Part shown: positions 1 through 8,139 of the stretch, piece by piece
How the letters are laid out: the number at the start of each line of letters is the position of its first letter
Position numbering within the stretch: position 1 is the stretch's first letter
NCBI GenBank assembly: GCA_016932385.1
Contig: JAFGCY010000087.1
Coordinates: 1-27,461, forward strand
Origin: a bacterium
GTDB taxonomy: Bacteria; 4484-113; JAFGCY01
DNA: 27,461 nucleotides
Reading direction: 5' to 3'
Notes under the pieces: model-generated
Seen by the model: the letters and a program-made list of their open reading frames with translations, nothing else
What the model was told of the DNA's origin: nothing
Database searches by the model: none
Made by a program: the position numbers and the translations under genes

Positions 1-79
1 GCAGATCATCGACGACCGCGACCTGCATGTAATCATCAGCTGGTTCGAGCCGCCGGTCGATCCGGGAACCGGCAACGCA

Positions 80-1369
80 ATGGCGAGCTTTTTCTTCCGC
101 TATGAGCCAGTGGAGTTTGCCAGCGTCGATGACGCCGTTACCTATTTCTCTGGATTGCCGTTGGCTGAGGGCGCTTGGGGCAATACGATTCACAATCACG
201 ATCAGGATTATACGCAGGGTAATCCAGATGATTATTACTATGAGGACGAACGTAATAAACACATAAATATATTAGGGATTGATAACAATCCCAATATTGA
301 TTGGGGCCCACCTTTTGGAGACTGGATAACTGATATCACGGTGGCCGTGATCGATGATGGAGTGTATCGGGATACGCAGGACTTCGCGATTCCCGGGTGT
401 CCACCAAATTACAAGAAGATCAGCTGGTGTGGGTTAACATGTGATGATGTTATTGCTGGTTATCCACGGTTTGGATACGGTTGGGGTGCTCCGACAGAAG
501 GTGATAGGAACAGAGAGTGCGCTCTTGTCAAGCACGGCACGCAAGTGGCGGGAACTATCACTGCATGTACTAATAATCTTGGCTGGGGCAGTGCGGGTGT
601 TGCTCCTCAGATTGGGGTATTACCAGTTCGGTTACGGTTGGATTGGGATTCAAACAACACTGCACACCCAACTACAGGTTCTTTCATCCAATCAATAGTG
701 ATGCTCAGGAAATGTTTGCCTAGCTCTGCATGGGTTGAAGATGTCCGTGTGGCAAACTTTAGCAACAGCTCATATAGCTCAAGTGGGGTACCCTCACGTT
801 ATCCTCCAACTAAATGGATTTACCGCGATATTATCCGCTGTGATCGGTTGTGGGTAGCTGCGGCGGGAAACAATTGCCGCGCGCAGATCAGGTTTCCTGC
901 TGCGCTTCCACCAGTACTTGGTATATCAGCACTTTATACTAATAGCGCTGGCGATTCCTGGTACCCATACTTGGGAGCAAATGGAACTCCAATTGATGGC
1001 TCAACATGGTTTGCGGATCAAGAGCAATCTCCTAATTACCGGCGCTACCAAGTTTCAGGCATTTATGGAATTCGGCATAACAGCCAGCCCAATCTGCGCT
1101 TGTTACTAGCTTATCTTCCGGCAACACCTATTGATGATCAGGTAATAACGCACTACCATGATTTTTTCGGAACTTCTTTCGCCACGCCTCAAGTAGCTGG
1201 GCTTGCTGCCCTCCTTTTCGATAGAACAACATCAGCATCTTACTTGGATGTACTAGATCGAATAGTCTCCACACGTAGAACTGACATCGAGGATGACATT
1301 CTCAACGCATATGGAATCCCGCTGGCTGGTCCTGTGGACTTTGAGGAGGCTCTCAATGGGTGGGATTAA
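80..1369 (+). CDS. S8 family (subtilisin-like) serine peptidase. The reading frame is open back to the window edge, so the N-terminus may lie upstream.
   Basis: The translation carries the subtilase catalytic motifs: Asp box VAVIDDGV, His box HGTQVAGTI, oxyanion Asn in AAGNN, and Ser box GTSFATPQVAG. The ATG at 80 is preceded by 26 in-frame sense codons with no stop, back to nt 2. The gene sits in a roughly 45% GC island. Confidence 0.8.
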   Translation: MASFFFRYEPVEFASVDDAVTYFSGLPLAEGAWGNTIHNHDQDYTQGNPDDYYYEDERNKHINILGIDNNPNIDWGPPFGDWITDITVAVIDDGVYRDTQDFAIPGCPPNYKKISWCGLTCDDVIAGYPRFGYGWGAPTEGDRNRECALVKHGTQVAGTITACTNNLGWGSAGVAPQIGVLPVRLRLDWDSNNTAHPTTGSFIQSIVMLRKCLPSSAWVEDVRVANFSNSSYSSSGVPSRYPPTKWIYRDIIRCDRLWVAAAGNNCRAQIRFPAALPPVLGISALYTNSAGDSWYPYLGANGTPIDGSTWFADQEQSPNYRRYQVSGIYGIRHNSQPNLRLLLAYLPATPIDDQVITHYHDFFGTSFATPQVAGLAALLFDRTTSASYLDVLDRIVSTRRTDIEDDILNAYGIPLAGPVDFEEALNGWD

Positions 1370-1373
1370 ACGA

Positions 1374-1925
1374 ATGGAGCACATGCGCTGCTTACTGGTT
1401 TCTCTTGCTGCGATGCCTTTAGTCTTTCTGACATATGGATGTAGTGGTAGTATTGAAGAGGATTCTCCAATTGAGACGGGGGACAGCTGGGCGGTTGCAC
1501 ATGTACTATATGTTGAGGAGGTCATACTCCCCGATGCAATCTATGAGGGTAATGATGTGTATTTTCAGTTGCGCGTTTCAGCAGAGGCAAATGTTACTGC
1601 ACTTAATCGTTTGTCTTTTAATAACTGGGCTAAAATATCTGGTGTGTATGCACTCTATGGAAGTGAACTTGAACGTTGGATGATTGACGCTGTTGTAGAT
1701 GCAGAAAGCGATCTTCAAACTCAGTCCAGTGATCTCCTTGAAGTCATGATGCCTGCTATGCCAGTGGGCGAGTGGGAGTGTGTCATTCGTTGTGCAGCTA
1801 ACCGTTCGTTAGGTGGCGGGCAATACCAGTATCGGCTGGGTGGAACGCCCTCACCAATTGTACCTGTTGAGAACATAAAGGAAATCAGATTTACCGTGAA
1901 TGTCGTGGAGCGTCCGGAGGAGTAG
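1374..1925 (+). CDS. Hypothetical secreted protein or lipoprotein.
   Basis: The ORF 1293..1925 overlaps the peptidase gene. The first ATG after the peptidase stop (1367-1369) is at 1374. The N-terminus MEHMRCLLVSLAAMPLVFLTYGCSGS has a hydrophobic core followed by a Cys, which is signal-peptide and lipobox-like. Composition is AT-rich like the upstream gene. Confidence 0.5.
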   Translation: MEHMRCLLVSLAAMPLVFLTYGCSGSIEEDSPIETGDSWAVAHVLYVEEVILPDAIYEGNDVYFQLRVSAEANVTALNRLSFNNWAKISGVYALYGSELERWMIDAVVDAESDLQTQSSDLLEVMMPAMPVGEWECVIRCAANRSLGGGQYQYRLGGTPSPIVPVENIKEIRFTVNVVERPEE

Positions 1926-2092
1926 GCTGGCGGCAAAACTGAGTTGGTTTAACGCATTCTAGGATTGAGCGGATTACATCGTATATAACAAGGCGTGGGG
2001 AGAAGCGGTCACGTTGATCTTCGGCTCCTCTCGCCTTACTCTTGTCTCCTCTCTTGCGGCTACGCGACGGCGCAAGTGCCGCCACTACTAGC

Positions 2093-2190
2093 AGTAGAGC
2101 AATCCCGCCATGGCGGGACTGTGAGCCCTCTTCAGTAGAGCAAGCCCCCGTGCTTGCGATTGTCTGCTCGCGCAACCAGGGGCGGTTGCG
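2093..2190. repeat. Structured intergenic repeat element, copy A. It contains the 25-nt core agtagagcaagcccccgtgcttgcg (2134..2158), a 16-bp perfect palindrome (2103..2118), and a second hairpin cgcaacc-aggggc-ggttgcg (2171..2190).
   Basis: The 25-nt core is identical to 27325..27349. Partial unit copies (agtagagcaa, agccctc) lie upstream. Two hairpins have loops ccccgt and aggggc that are mutually complementary. Confidence 0.6.
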
Positions 2191-2231
2191 TTACTGCTTA
2201 AACTTACTACTTACAACTTAAACTGCATAAA

Positions 2232-2257
2232 AAAACACCAGGCGCACCTGGTGTTTT
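2232..2257. terminator. Bidirectional intrinsic terminator-like hairpin.
   Basis: aaaa-acaccagg-cgca-cctggtgt-tttt: a perfect 8-bp stem with a 4-nt loop, flanked by an A-run on one side and a T-run on the other. Confidence 0.5.
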
Positions 2258-2367
2258 AGGAGGAGAGTCTCAGACTTTACAATTAGGCTAGCTACTGGCC
2301 CCGTTGTTGCTTCACAGAAGCCAAGACGGGCGGGCCGCGCCGATGTTCTAAAAATTTCCGGCGATTT

Positions 2368-3828
2368 TTGAAAAACGCGTTTCAGGGCTCGTCATGCTAC
2401 AATCCGCCTGTGTGGGATCGGTGGCTCAACAGCTACCCGGAGTTAGGCCTGCTGGACCTGGACGTGGGGCGGGGTCAGTTTGAATCGCGTGAGTTGAAGA
2501 ACATCAACCTCGCCACCCACCTGCTGATGCCTTACGACGAAAAGGCGCTGCAGATGTGCCTGGAAAGCCTGATCGACGGGGACGAGATATCCGCCGCGGC
2601 GCTGGTTTTCCGCGAGGCGTCCAAGGGCGCGCTTTTACCGGACATCTTCCTGTTGGCCGGCGCCTTTCGCATGTCCGAGGGCCGGCTGGACGAGGCCGCG
2701 CAGTTGCTGGGCCGGATCTACCAGGGCGAGACCGAGCCCGGGCTGGCGATCCGCCGGATGTGCCCGTCGCTTAGGTTTTTGGTACGGCTGACGCCCTGCG
2801 TGCTCCTGCCGCTCTATCCCAACGTCTACGCCGCCGAGCTGATGTACGCGCTGAGCACCTGGCGCAGCGGCAACTCCGCCGAGGGATTGCAGATCCTGCG
2901 CGAGATGGTCGAGCGCTGGGGCCTGTTCGACGAGTTGAAGCTCGCCGGCGGCCTGATCCATTTGGAGCGCGGCGACCTCGACCGCGCGATCGGCGCGCTG
3001 AGCGTCGGCGAGAACACCGAGCGCGACGCGCTGGAGCTGGCGCGGGGGATGTACCTGGCCTATGCCCACCTCAAGCGCGAAGAGTTCCGCTCAGCCGTGC
3101 GCGCGCTGGTGCCGGTGATGCAGATGGTGCGCGACGTCAATCCGCACCTGCACGCCCGCGCGCGCCAGCTGCTGGCCGAGCTCTACGAGCGCAACGGGCT
3201 GCTGCTCAACGCGCTGCGCGAAAGCGGCAAGGTGCTGCCGAACGAGGTGCCCGCCGACGTGGCGAAGGAGATCCTCGGCCGCGAGGAACGCTGGGTCACC
3301 GAGCTGTCGCTGATGTCCAACGCCGAAGTCGAGCGGCTGGCCCACGCCGACAGCTACCAGGTCTACCTGCCCGACGAGGCCCGGCCCAAAGCCGCCTACT
3401 CGCCGCTCGACACCTCGCGCAACGTCGCCACGCAGCTCAAGCCGCGCGAGCTGAGCTGGATCAAGCGCCAGGTGGAGCAGCGCCAGATCGACGACTACCG
3501 CGCGGCGCTGGCCCGTGGCGAGTCCGTGCTGCCGCCCGGCGACAGCGGCCTTTCACCGGCGGGCGCCGATGTAAAAAAGCGCATCGCCGCCGCCGAACGC
3601 TGGTGGGTCAGCCGCCGTCAGGCGTTAAGTGAGACGCGGCCGTCGGAACGGCTCGCGCGCGGCAATCCCTTTGATGTCGGGCATTTGCGCATCGACTTCT
3701 GCGGCGGGCGCAAAGCGCCGACTGTTACACTGATAGGTGAGAAGCGCCTGCGGTTCATCTCGGTCCTGGCGGGCGCGAGCCTGGTGATCTTTGTGTGCCT
3801 GTTGATCCTGCAGACATGCGTGTATTAA
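2368..3828 (+). CDS. Hypothetical alpha-helical (TPR-like) protein with a C-terminal transmembrane anchor. The true start is probably downstream of 2403, for example ATG 2527.
   Basis: Long GC-rich ORF with a Leu/Ala/Arg/Glu-rich helical composition and a hydrophobic C-terminus SLVIFVCLLILQTCVY. Its 3' end overlaps the next gene. The first 40 nt are AT-rich and contain a promoter-like element. Confidence 0.55.
   Translation: MKNAFQGSSCYNPPVWDRWLNSYPELGLLDLDVGRGQFESRELKNINLATHLLMPYDEKALQMCLESLIDGDEISAAALVFREASKGALLPDIFLLAGAFRMSEGRLDEAAQLLGRIYQGETEPGLAIRRMCPSLRFLVRLTPCVLLPLYPNVYAAELMYALSTWRSGNSAEGLQILREMVERWGLFDELKLAGGLIHLERGDLDRAIGALSVGENTERDALELARGMYLAYAHLKREEFRSAVRALVPVMQMVRDVNPHLHARARQLLAELYERNGLLLNALRESGKVLPNEVPADVAKEILGREERWVTELSLMSNAEVERLAHADSYQVYLPDEARPKAAYSPLDTSRNVATQLKPRELSWIKRQVEQRQIDDYRAALARGESVLPPGDSGLSPAGADVKKRIAAAERWWVSRRQALSETRPSERLARGNPFDVGHLRIDFCGGRKAPTVTLIGEKRLRFISVLAGASLVIFVCLLILQTCVY
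2395..2403 (+). promoter_or_regulatory. Possible extended -10 promoter element (TGcTACAAT).
   Basis: TG at 2395-2396 and TACAAT at 2398-2403, in the AT-rich stretch just before the GC-rich coding region begins. If real, it places the true start of the next gene downstream of 2403. Confidence 0.3.
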
Positions 3829-4883
3829 TCGCCACCATCACGGTGCTGCTGCTGGCCGCCTGGCCGTTGGCGGCGACCTGGGCCGAGGATCCGCCGGCGG
3901 ACCCGCCCGCCGATCCGCCCACCACCGAGGAAGCAGACCAGCCGGTGGATGACGCGGAAGAAGACGCGACAACGGAAGAGAATACCGAAGCTGAGGACGG
4001 GGAACCCGCGGTCGAGGAAGACGTCGAAGCCGAACCGGTGCCCGAAGGGGTGCGGCGGCGGCCGATGTCGGGGGAACAGGAGCGGCGCTACAAGCAGCGC
4101 AAGACGCGGGAGGACCCGTTTTTAAACCCGCCGATCGGCAGCGGCGTGCCCATCGTCGAGGGCAGCTATAACCCGGCCGACTGGCTGCGTGAAGAGCTTT
4201 ACTGTGGCAGCAGTTATTACATGGTGCAGGACGCCAGCGGCAACGTGGTCGGCCAGGCCAGCCTGGCGATCAGCGCCGAGTCGGACCCGGTGCTGGGCGA
4301 CTTCATCCGCCTGCGCCGGCACAGCAACCTCGACCAGCCCACGCAAATGGAGCTCTGCGTGTTCGCCGTCACCTTCAAGCCGCGCTTCAAGGAAGTGCAG
4401 ACCGAGTTGGCGGACCGGGCCGCGCTGCCAGCGGATCCGGCGCCAGAGGGCGAGGTTCCGGAACTCTATGACAACATTCAGCGGTTGAACGTCGACTACC
4501 TGTTCGATCGCATGACCGTCGTCCATCGCGTGGCGGGCATCACCAGCCGCCGGCAGATCCGCCAAATGCCGTTCAGCTATGACATCGACGAACTGCCGCT
4601 CTTAGCCCGTCAGCTGCGCTTCCGCGAAGTGGAATGGCCCTTCGAGGCCGTGCTCTGCGACCCGCAGCACGAAGAGCAGCTGCCGATGTCGATCGCCGAG
4701 CCGGTCTGGATCGAAAACGTCGTCAGCGGCGACGCCGAACGCTACGACTGCTACGAGTTCACGATCCGCATCGGCAACGACACGCAGACCTACCTGGTCG
4801 AGCGCCTGCCCCCGCACCGGCTGGTGCGCTACACCGACGGGGAATATACATATACCTTGACCGACTACCTGGAGCAGACATGA
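3816..4883 (+). CDS. Secreted hypothetical protein: signal peptide, acidic Pro/Asp/Glu-rich low-complexity linker, then a globular C-terminal domain.
   Basis: The ATG at 3816 gives MRVLIATITVLLLAAWPLAATWA, a signal-peptide-like N-terminus. The linker EDPPADPPADPPTTEEADQ...EEDVEAEP follows. The GTG at 3795 is the first in-frame start, but the ATG gives a clean signal peptide. Confidence 0.6.
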   Translation: MRVLIATITVLLLAAWPLAATWAEDPPADPPADPPTTEEADQPVDDAEEDATTEENTEAEDGEPAVEEDVEAEPVPEGVRRRPMSGEQERRYKQRKTREDPFLNPPIGSGVPIVEGSYNPADWLREELYCGSSYYMVQDASGNVVGQASLAISAESDPVLGDFIRLRRHSNLDQPTQMELCVFAVTFKPRFKEVQTELADRAALPADPAPEGEVPELYDNIQRLNVDYLFDRMTVVHRVAGITSRRQIRQMPFSYDIDELPLLARQLRFREVEWPFEAVLCDPQHEEQLPMSIAEPVWIENVVSGDAERYDCYEFTIRIGNDTQTYLVERLPPHRLVRYTDGEYTYTLTDYLEQT

Positions 4884-5785
4884 GCATCGTCGTCGGCCTC
4901 GACATCGGCGGCACCTCGGTCAAACTCGGTGCCTGGCGCGACGGTGAGCGTCTGGCCTGGCGCGACGGCTTGCCCGTGCCGGCGACCACCGACCAGGCCG
5001 CGATCTGCGCCGCGCTGGCCGGTTATATCCGCGAACTGGCGGCCGGGCTGCCCGGTCCGCCCGTCGCGACGGGTGTCGGCAGCTGCGGCATGATCAGCGC
5101 GGGCGTCATCCACGAGTCGCCCAACACCGTCTGGGACGAGTTGCACCTGGTGGAACTGCTCGGCGCCGAATTGGACCAGCCGGTGACGTTGATCAACGAC
5201 GCCGATGCGTTTTTACTGGCCGCGCTGGCCCGGTTGGACAACCGCGCTGGCGTGGCCGTCGGCATCACGCTGGGCACCGGCATCGGCACCGCGGTCTGGC
5301 TGACGGACCGGCTGCTGGCCGGCGGCGCGGGCATCAGCCCCGAGGGCGGCCACATCACGATCCAGGCCGACGGCGAGACCGGCCTGACCGGCATCCCCGG
5401 CACCTGGGAGCACCTGGCCGGGCGCACCGCCCTGCTGGGTTATTACGCTCGGCACGGCGGAACCGCCCGGGATCCCCGCGAGATGGCCGCTGCCGCCGAC
5501 GCGCAGGACCCGGCCGCGCTGGCCGCCTGGCGGGAGTACGGGCGTATGGTCGGCATCGGCCTGGGTACTCTGGTCAACGTCTTCAATCCGAACTGGATCC
5601 TGATCGGCGGCGGGCTGGCCGGCGCCAACCGCCATTACCGCGCGGCCCTGACAGAGGCGCTGGCGACCCACAAGCTGCGCACGTTTCCCGCGCCGCAACT
5701 GCTGTTCATCGACGACGCGCCCGATCTGGTGGCTGCGGGCGCGGCGATCCACGCGGCTGATGATTTGCGGGTCGGCAGGGTATAA
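4880..5785 (+). CDS. ASKHA-superfamily sugar kinase (ROK/BadF-type, glucokinase or N-acetylglucosamine kinase-like).
   Basis: The N-terminus MSIVVGLDIGGTSVKLGAW is a phosphate-1 (DxGGT) motif, and a later ...VGIGLGT... segment looks like an adenosine-binding motif. The ATG at 4880 overlaps the upstream stop (ATGA). No ROK zinc Cys motif is visible, so the subfamily is uncertain. Confidence 0.65.
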   Translation: MSIVVGLDIGGTSVKLGAWRDGERLAWRDGLPVPATTDQAAICAALAGYIRELAAGLPGPPVATGVGSCGMISAGVIHESPNTVWDELHLVELLGAELDQPVTLINDADAFLLAALARLDNRAGVAVGITLGTGIGTAVWLTDRLLAGGAGISPEGGHITIQADGETGLTGIPGTWEHLAGRTALLGYYARHGGTARDPREMAAAADAQDPAALAAWREYGRMVGIGLGTLVNVFNPNWILIGGGLAGANRHYRAALTEALATHKLRTFPAPQLLFIDDAPDLVAAGAAIHAADDLRVGRV

Positions 5786-5837
5786 TATCCGGCGCGATGG
5801 CGGGTGGGAGCCCGTCATTAAAGCACTGACATTACCT

Positions 5838-5875
5838 GCGCCTGGTGGCTTGCCACCGGCGCGGTCTTGTTTTTA
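5838..5875 (+). terminator. Putative intrinsic terminator after the kinase gene.
   Basis: An imperfect GC hairpin cctggtggc-ttg-ccaccgg is followed by tcttgttttt. Confidence 0.4.
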
Positions 5876-5901
5876 AGGCTGACAGCCGCGAGGGGTTTTA
5901 C

Positions 5902-6381
5902 ATGACTGTGAACGGACAACTGGCCAAGCAAATTGTCGAGTTAATGTCGCAGCGGGGCCTGAAACTGGCCGCCGTGGAGAGCTGCACCGGCGGGCAGCTG
6001 GCCGCCTATATCACCGCCGTTCCGGGGGCCTCCGATATATTCTGCGGCGGGCTGATCCCGTATTCCAACGCGGCCAAGGCCACCTTGCTGGGCGTGGACT
6101 GGAACACGATGGACAAGTTCGGCGCGGTCAGCGAGGAATGCGCCCGTGAGTTGGTGACGCACGGCGAGATCGCGCTGAGGGCCGACTACACGATCGCGAT
6201 CACGGGAATCGCCGGACCCGACGGCGGCACGGACGAGAAACCGGTCGGCACCGTCTACATCGCTTGGGCCGGGCCGGACGGCGTCACCGTCGAGCACCAC
6301 GTGTTCGAAGGCGATCGCGCGACAATCCAGCACCAGGCCGTCCTGCGCTCGCTGAGCAGGCTCGTCGAGTTCCTGGGCTGA
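5902..6381 (+). CDS. CinA C-terminal domain family protein (nicotinamide-nucleotide amidohydrolase PncC-like).
   Basis: The hallmark AVESCTGG motif, the ITGIAGPDGGTDEKPVGTVYIA segment, and a length of about 160 aa are typical of the CinA_C/PncC domain. The ATG at 5902 is in frame with ORF 5845..6381. Confidence 0.8.
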   Translation: MTVNGQLAKQIVELMSQRGLKLAAVESCTGGQLAAYITAVPGASDIFCGGLIPYSNAAKATLLGVDWNTMDKFGAVSEECARELVTHGEIALRADYTIAITGIAGPDGGTDEKPVGTVYIAWAGPDGVTVEHHVFEGDRATIQHQAVLRSLSRLVEFLG

Positions 6382-6410
6382 GCACCGGCAGCGGTTATCA
6401 TTAACACGCG

Positions 6411-8114
6411 ATGGCCGCACCCAAACCAGTGACTTGGCTTCCCGTGACTCTGGCCGCAACGGCACTGCCACTGGCTGCCTGGGCCCAGGACCTGGCGAAG
6501 CCTTCCAGCTTCTGGCACGACCTGGCGTTCCACCCGCTGATCGCGCTGTTCCTGATCATCGCCCTGGGACTGGCGCTGGGCAACATCCGCTTCTTCGGCA
6601 TTAGCTTCGGCGCCAGCGGCGTGATCTTCACCGCGCTGGCCTTCGGCGCGCTGGGCGGCGAGCTGCCGGCGGGCATCGGCACCTTCGGGCTGGTGCTGTT
6701 CGTCTACTGCGTCGGCCTCAACGCCGGCCCGACCTTCTTCCGCGTCTTCGCGCGCCAGGGCAGCCGCTTCGCCAAGCTCGGCGTGGCGCTGGTCGTCCTC
6801 GGTTCCGGCACGACGATCCTGCTGGCCTGGCTGCTGCACATTCCTACCGAGCTGGCGGTCGGCATCTATGCGGGTGCGATGTCGTCCACGCCGGCGCTGG
6901 CCGCGGGTCTGGACATCTTCGGTGAGTCGGCCCAGGCCTCGATCGGCTATGGCCTGACCTACCCGCTCGGCGTGCTGGGCGTGGTGATGCTGGTGCAGGT
7001 GCTGCCGCGCCTCTTAAGAAAGAACCTCGACGAGGAAGCCCGCCGCGCCGCCAGCGACAGCGGCAAGCTGCCGCCGATCGGCAGCCTGTTGATCGAGGTC
7101 AGTAATCCGGCGGTTGTCGGCAAGCGCTTCGACGAAATCAGCTTCATCGCGGAGATGCAATGCCAGATCACGCGGGAACTGCGCGGCGAACGGCTGGTGC
7201 CCGTCGGCTCGGACGAGACGTTCGCCCCCGGCGACCACGTGCTGGTCGTCGGCCGCCAGGACAACCTGGAACTGGTGGCGGAGTACCTGGGCAGCAAGAG
7301 CAACAAGCCGCACTACATGGACACCAAGTCGCAGACCGCCCAGATCGTCGTGACGGCGCCGGCGGTGATCGGCCGCACGCTTTCTGAGCTGGGCGTGCGC
7401 CACAAGTACGCCGTGACCATCGAGCGCATCACGCGCAACAACGTCGATTTCGTGCCGCGAGCCGGCACGCATATCGGACACACCGACGTGCTGCACTGCG
7501 TCGGCGAGCCGGACAACCTGGCGGAGTTCGCGCAGTTCGCCGGCCACCGCGCGCGCGTGCTGGACGAGACCGACCTGATCTTTTTATCGATCGGCATCGC
7601 GATCGGCGTGGCGCTGGGGCTGTTCCCGATCGTCCTGCCGGGCGTGACCTTCACGCTGGGCCTGGCCGGCGGGCCGCTGATCGCCGGGCTGTTCATCGGC
7701 CACTTCGGCCGGATCGGCCGCGTGCGCGGGCACATCCCGCGGGCGGCGCGCAACCTGCTGACCAGCTTCGGGCTGATCCTGTTCCTGGCCAGCGCGGGGG
7801 TGGGCGCCGGTGCCAGCCTGTTCGACGTGCTGGGCGACAGCGGCCTGACGATCGTCGCCGCGGGCCTGGTGGTGCTGTTGGTCACGATGACCGGCGGCTA
7901 TCTGTTCGCGCGCTATGTGCTCAAGCTCAACTTCCTGCAGATCCTCGGCGGCATGTGCGGCGGAATGACATCCACCCCCGGCATCGGCACACTGTCCGCT
8001 CATACCGACAGCGAGATACCGGTGATCAGCTACGCCGCGGTCTATCCGGTGGGGATGATCCTGATCACGCTGTTTGTCCGCGTGATCACCACGGTCCTGG
8101 GCTGGCTGACCTAG
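6411..8114 (+). CDS. Putative transport protein of the YidE/YbjL (aspartate:alanine exchanger, AAE) family with two central TrkA-C (RCK_C) domains.
   Basis: 567 aa with two hydrophobic multi-helix halves (…LGNIRFFGISFGASGVIFTALAFG… and …LSIGIAIGVALGLFPIVLPGVTFTLGLAGGPLIAGL…). They flank a soluble region of about 200 aa that has two RCK_C-like segments. Confidence 0.75.
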   Translation: MAAPKPVTWLPVTLAATALPLAAWAQDLAKPSSFWHDLAFHPLIALFLIIALGLALGNIRFFGISFGASGVIFTALAFGALGGELPAGIGTFGLVLFVYCVGLNAGPTFFRVFARQGSRFAKLGVALVVLGSGTTILLAWLLHIPTELAVGIYAGAMSSTPALAAGLDIFGESAQASIGYGLTYPLGVLGVVMLVQVLPRLLRKNLDEEARRAASDSGKLPPIGSLLIEVSNPAVVGKRFDEISFIAEMQCQITRELRGERLVPVGSDETFAPGDHVLVVGRQDNLELVAEYLGSKSNKPHYMDTKSQTAQIVVTAPAVIGRTLSELGVRHKYAVTIERITRNNVDFVPRAGTHIGHTDVLHCVGEPDNLAEFAQFAGHRARVLDETDLIFLSIGIAIGVALGLFPIVLPGVTFTLGLAGGPLIAGLFIGHFGRIGRVRGHIPRAARNLLTSFGLILFLASAGVGAGASLFDVLGDSGLTIVAAGLVVLLVTMTGGYLFARYVLKLNFLQILGGMCGGMTSTPGIGTLSAHTDSEIPVISYAAVYPVGMILITLFVRVITTVLGWLT

Positions 8115-8139
8115 ACCAGCCGTTAAGCCCGTATACCAG

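Noticed and set aside
4634-4879. N-terminal 82-aa Arg-rich extension of the kinase ORF (4634..5785), and the GTG start at 3795 for the secreted protein.
   Set aside because: The extensions overlap the upstream genes and encode low-complexity Arg/Ala sequence. The internal ATGs (4880 and 3816) give a canonical kinase N-terminus and a clean signal peptide respectively, and create ATGA-type coupling.
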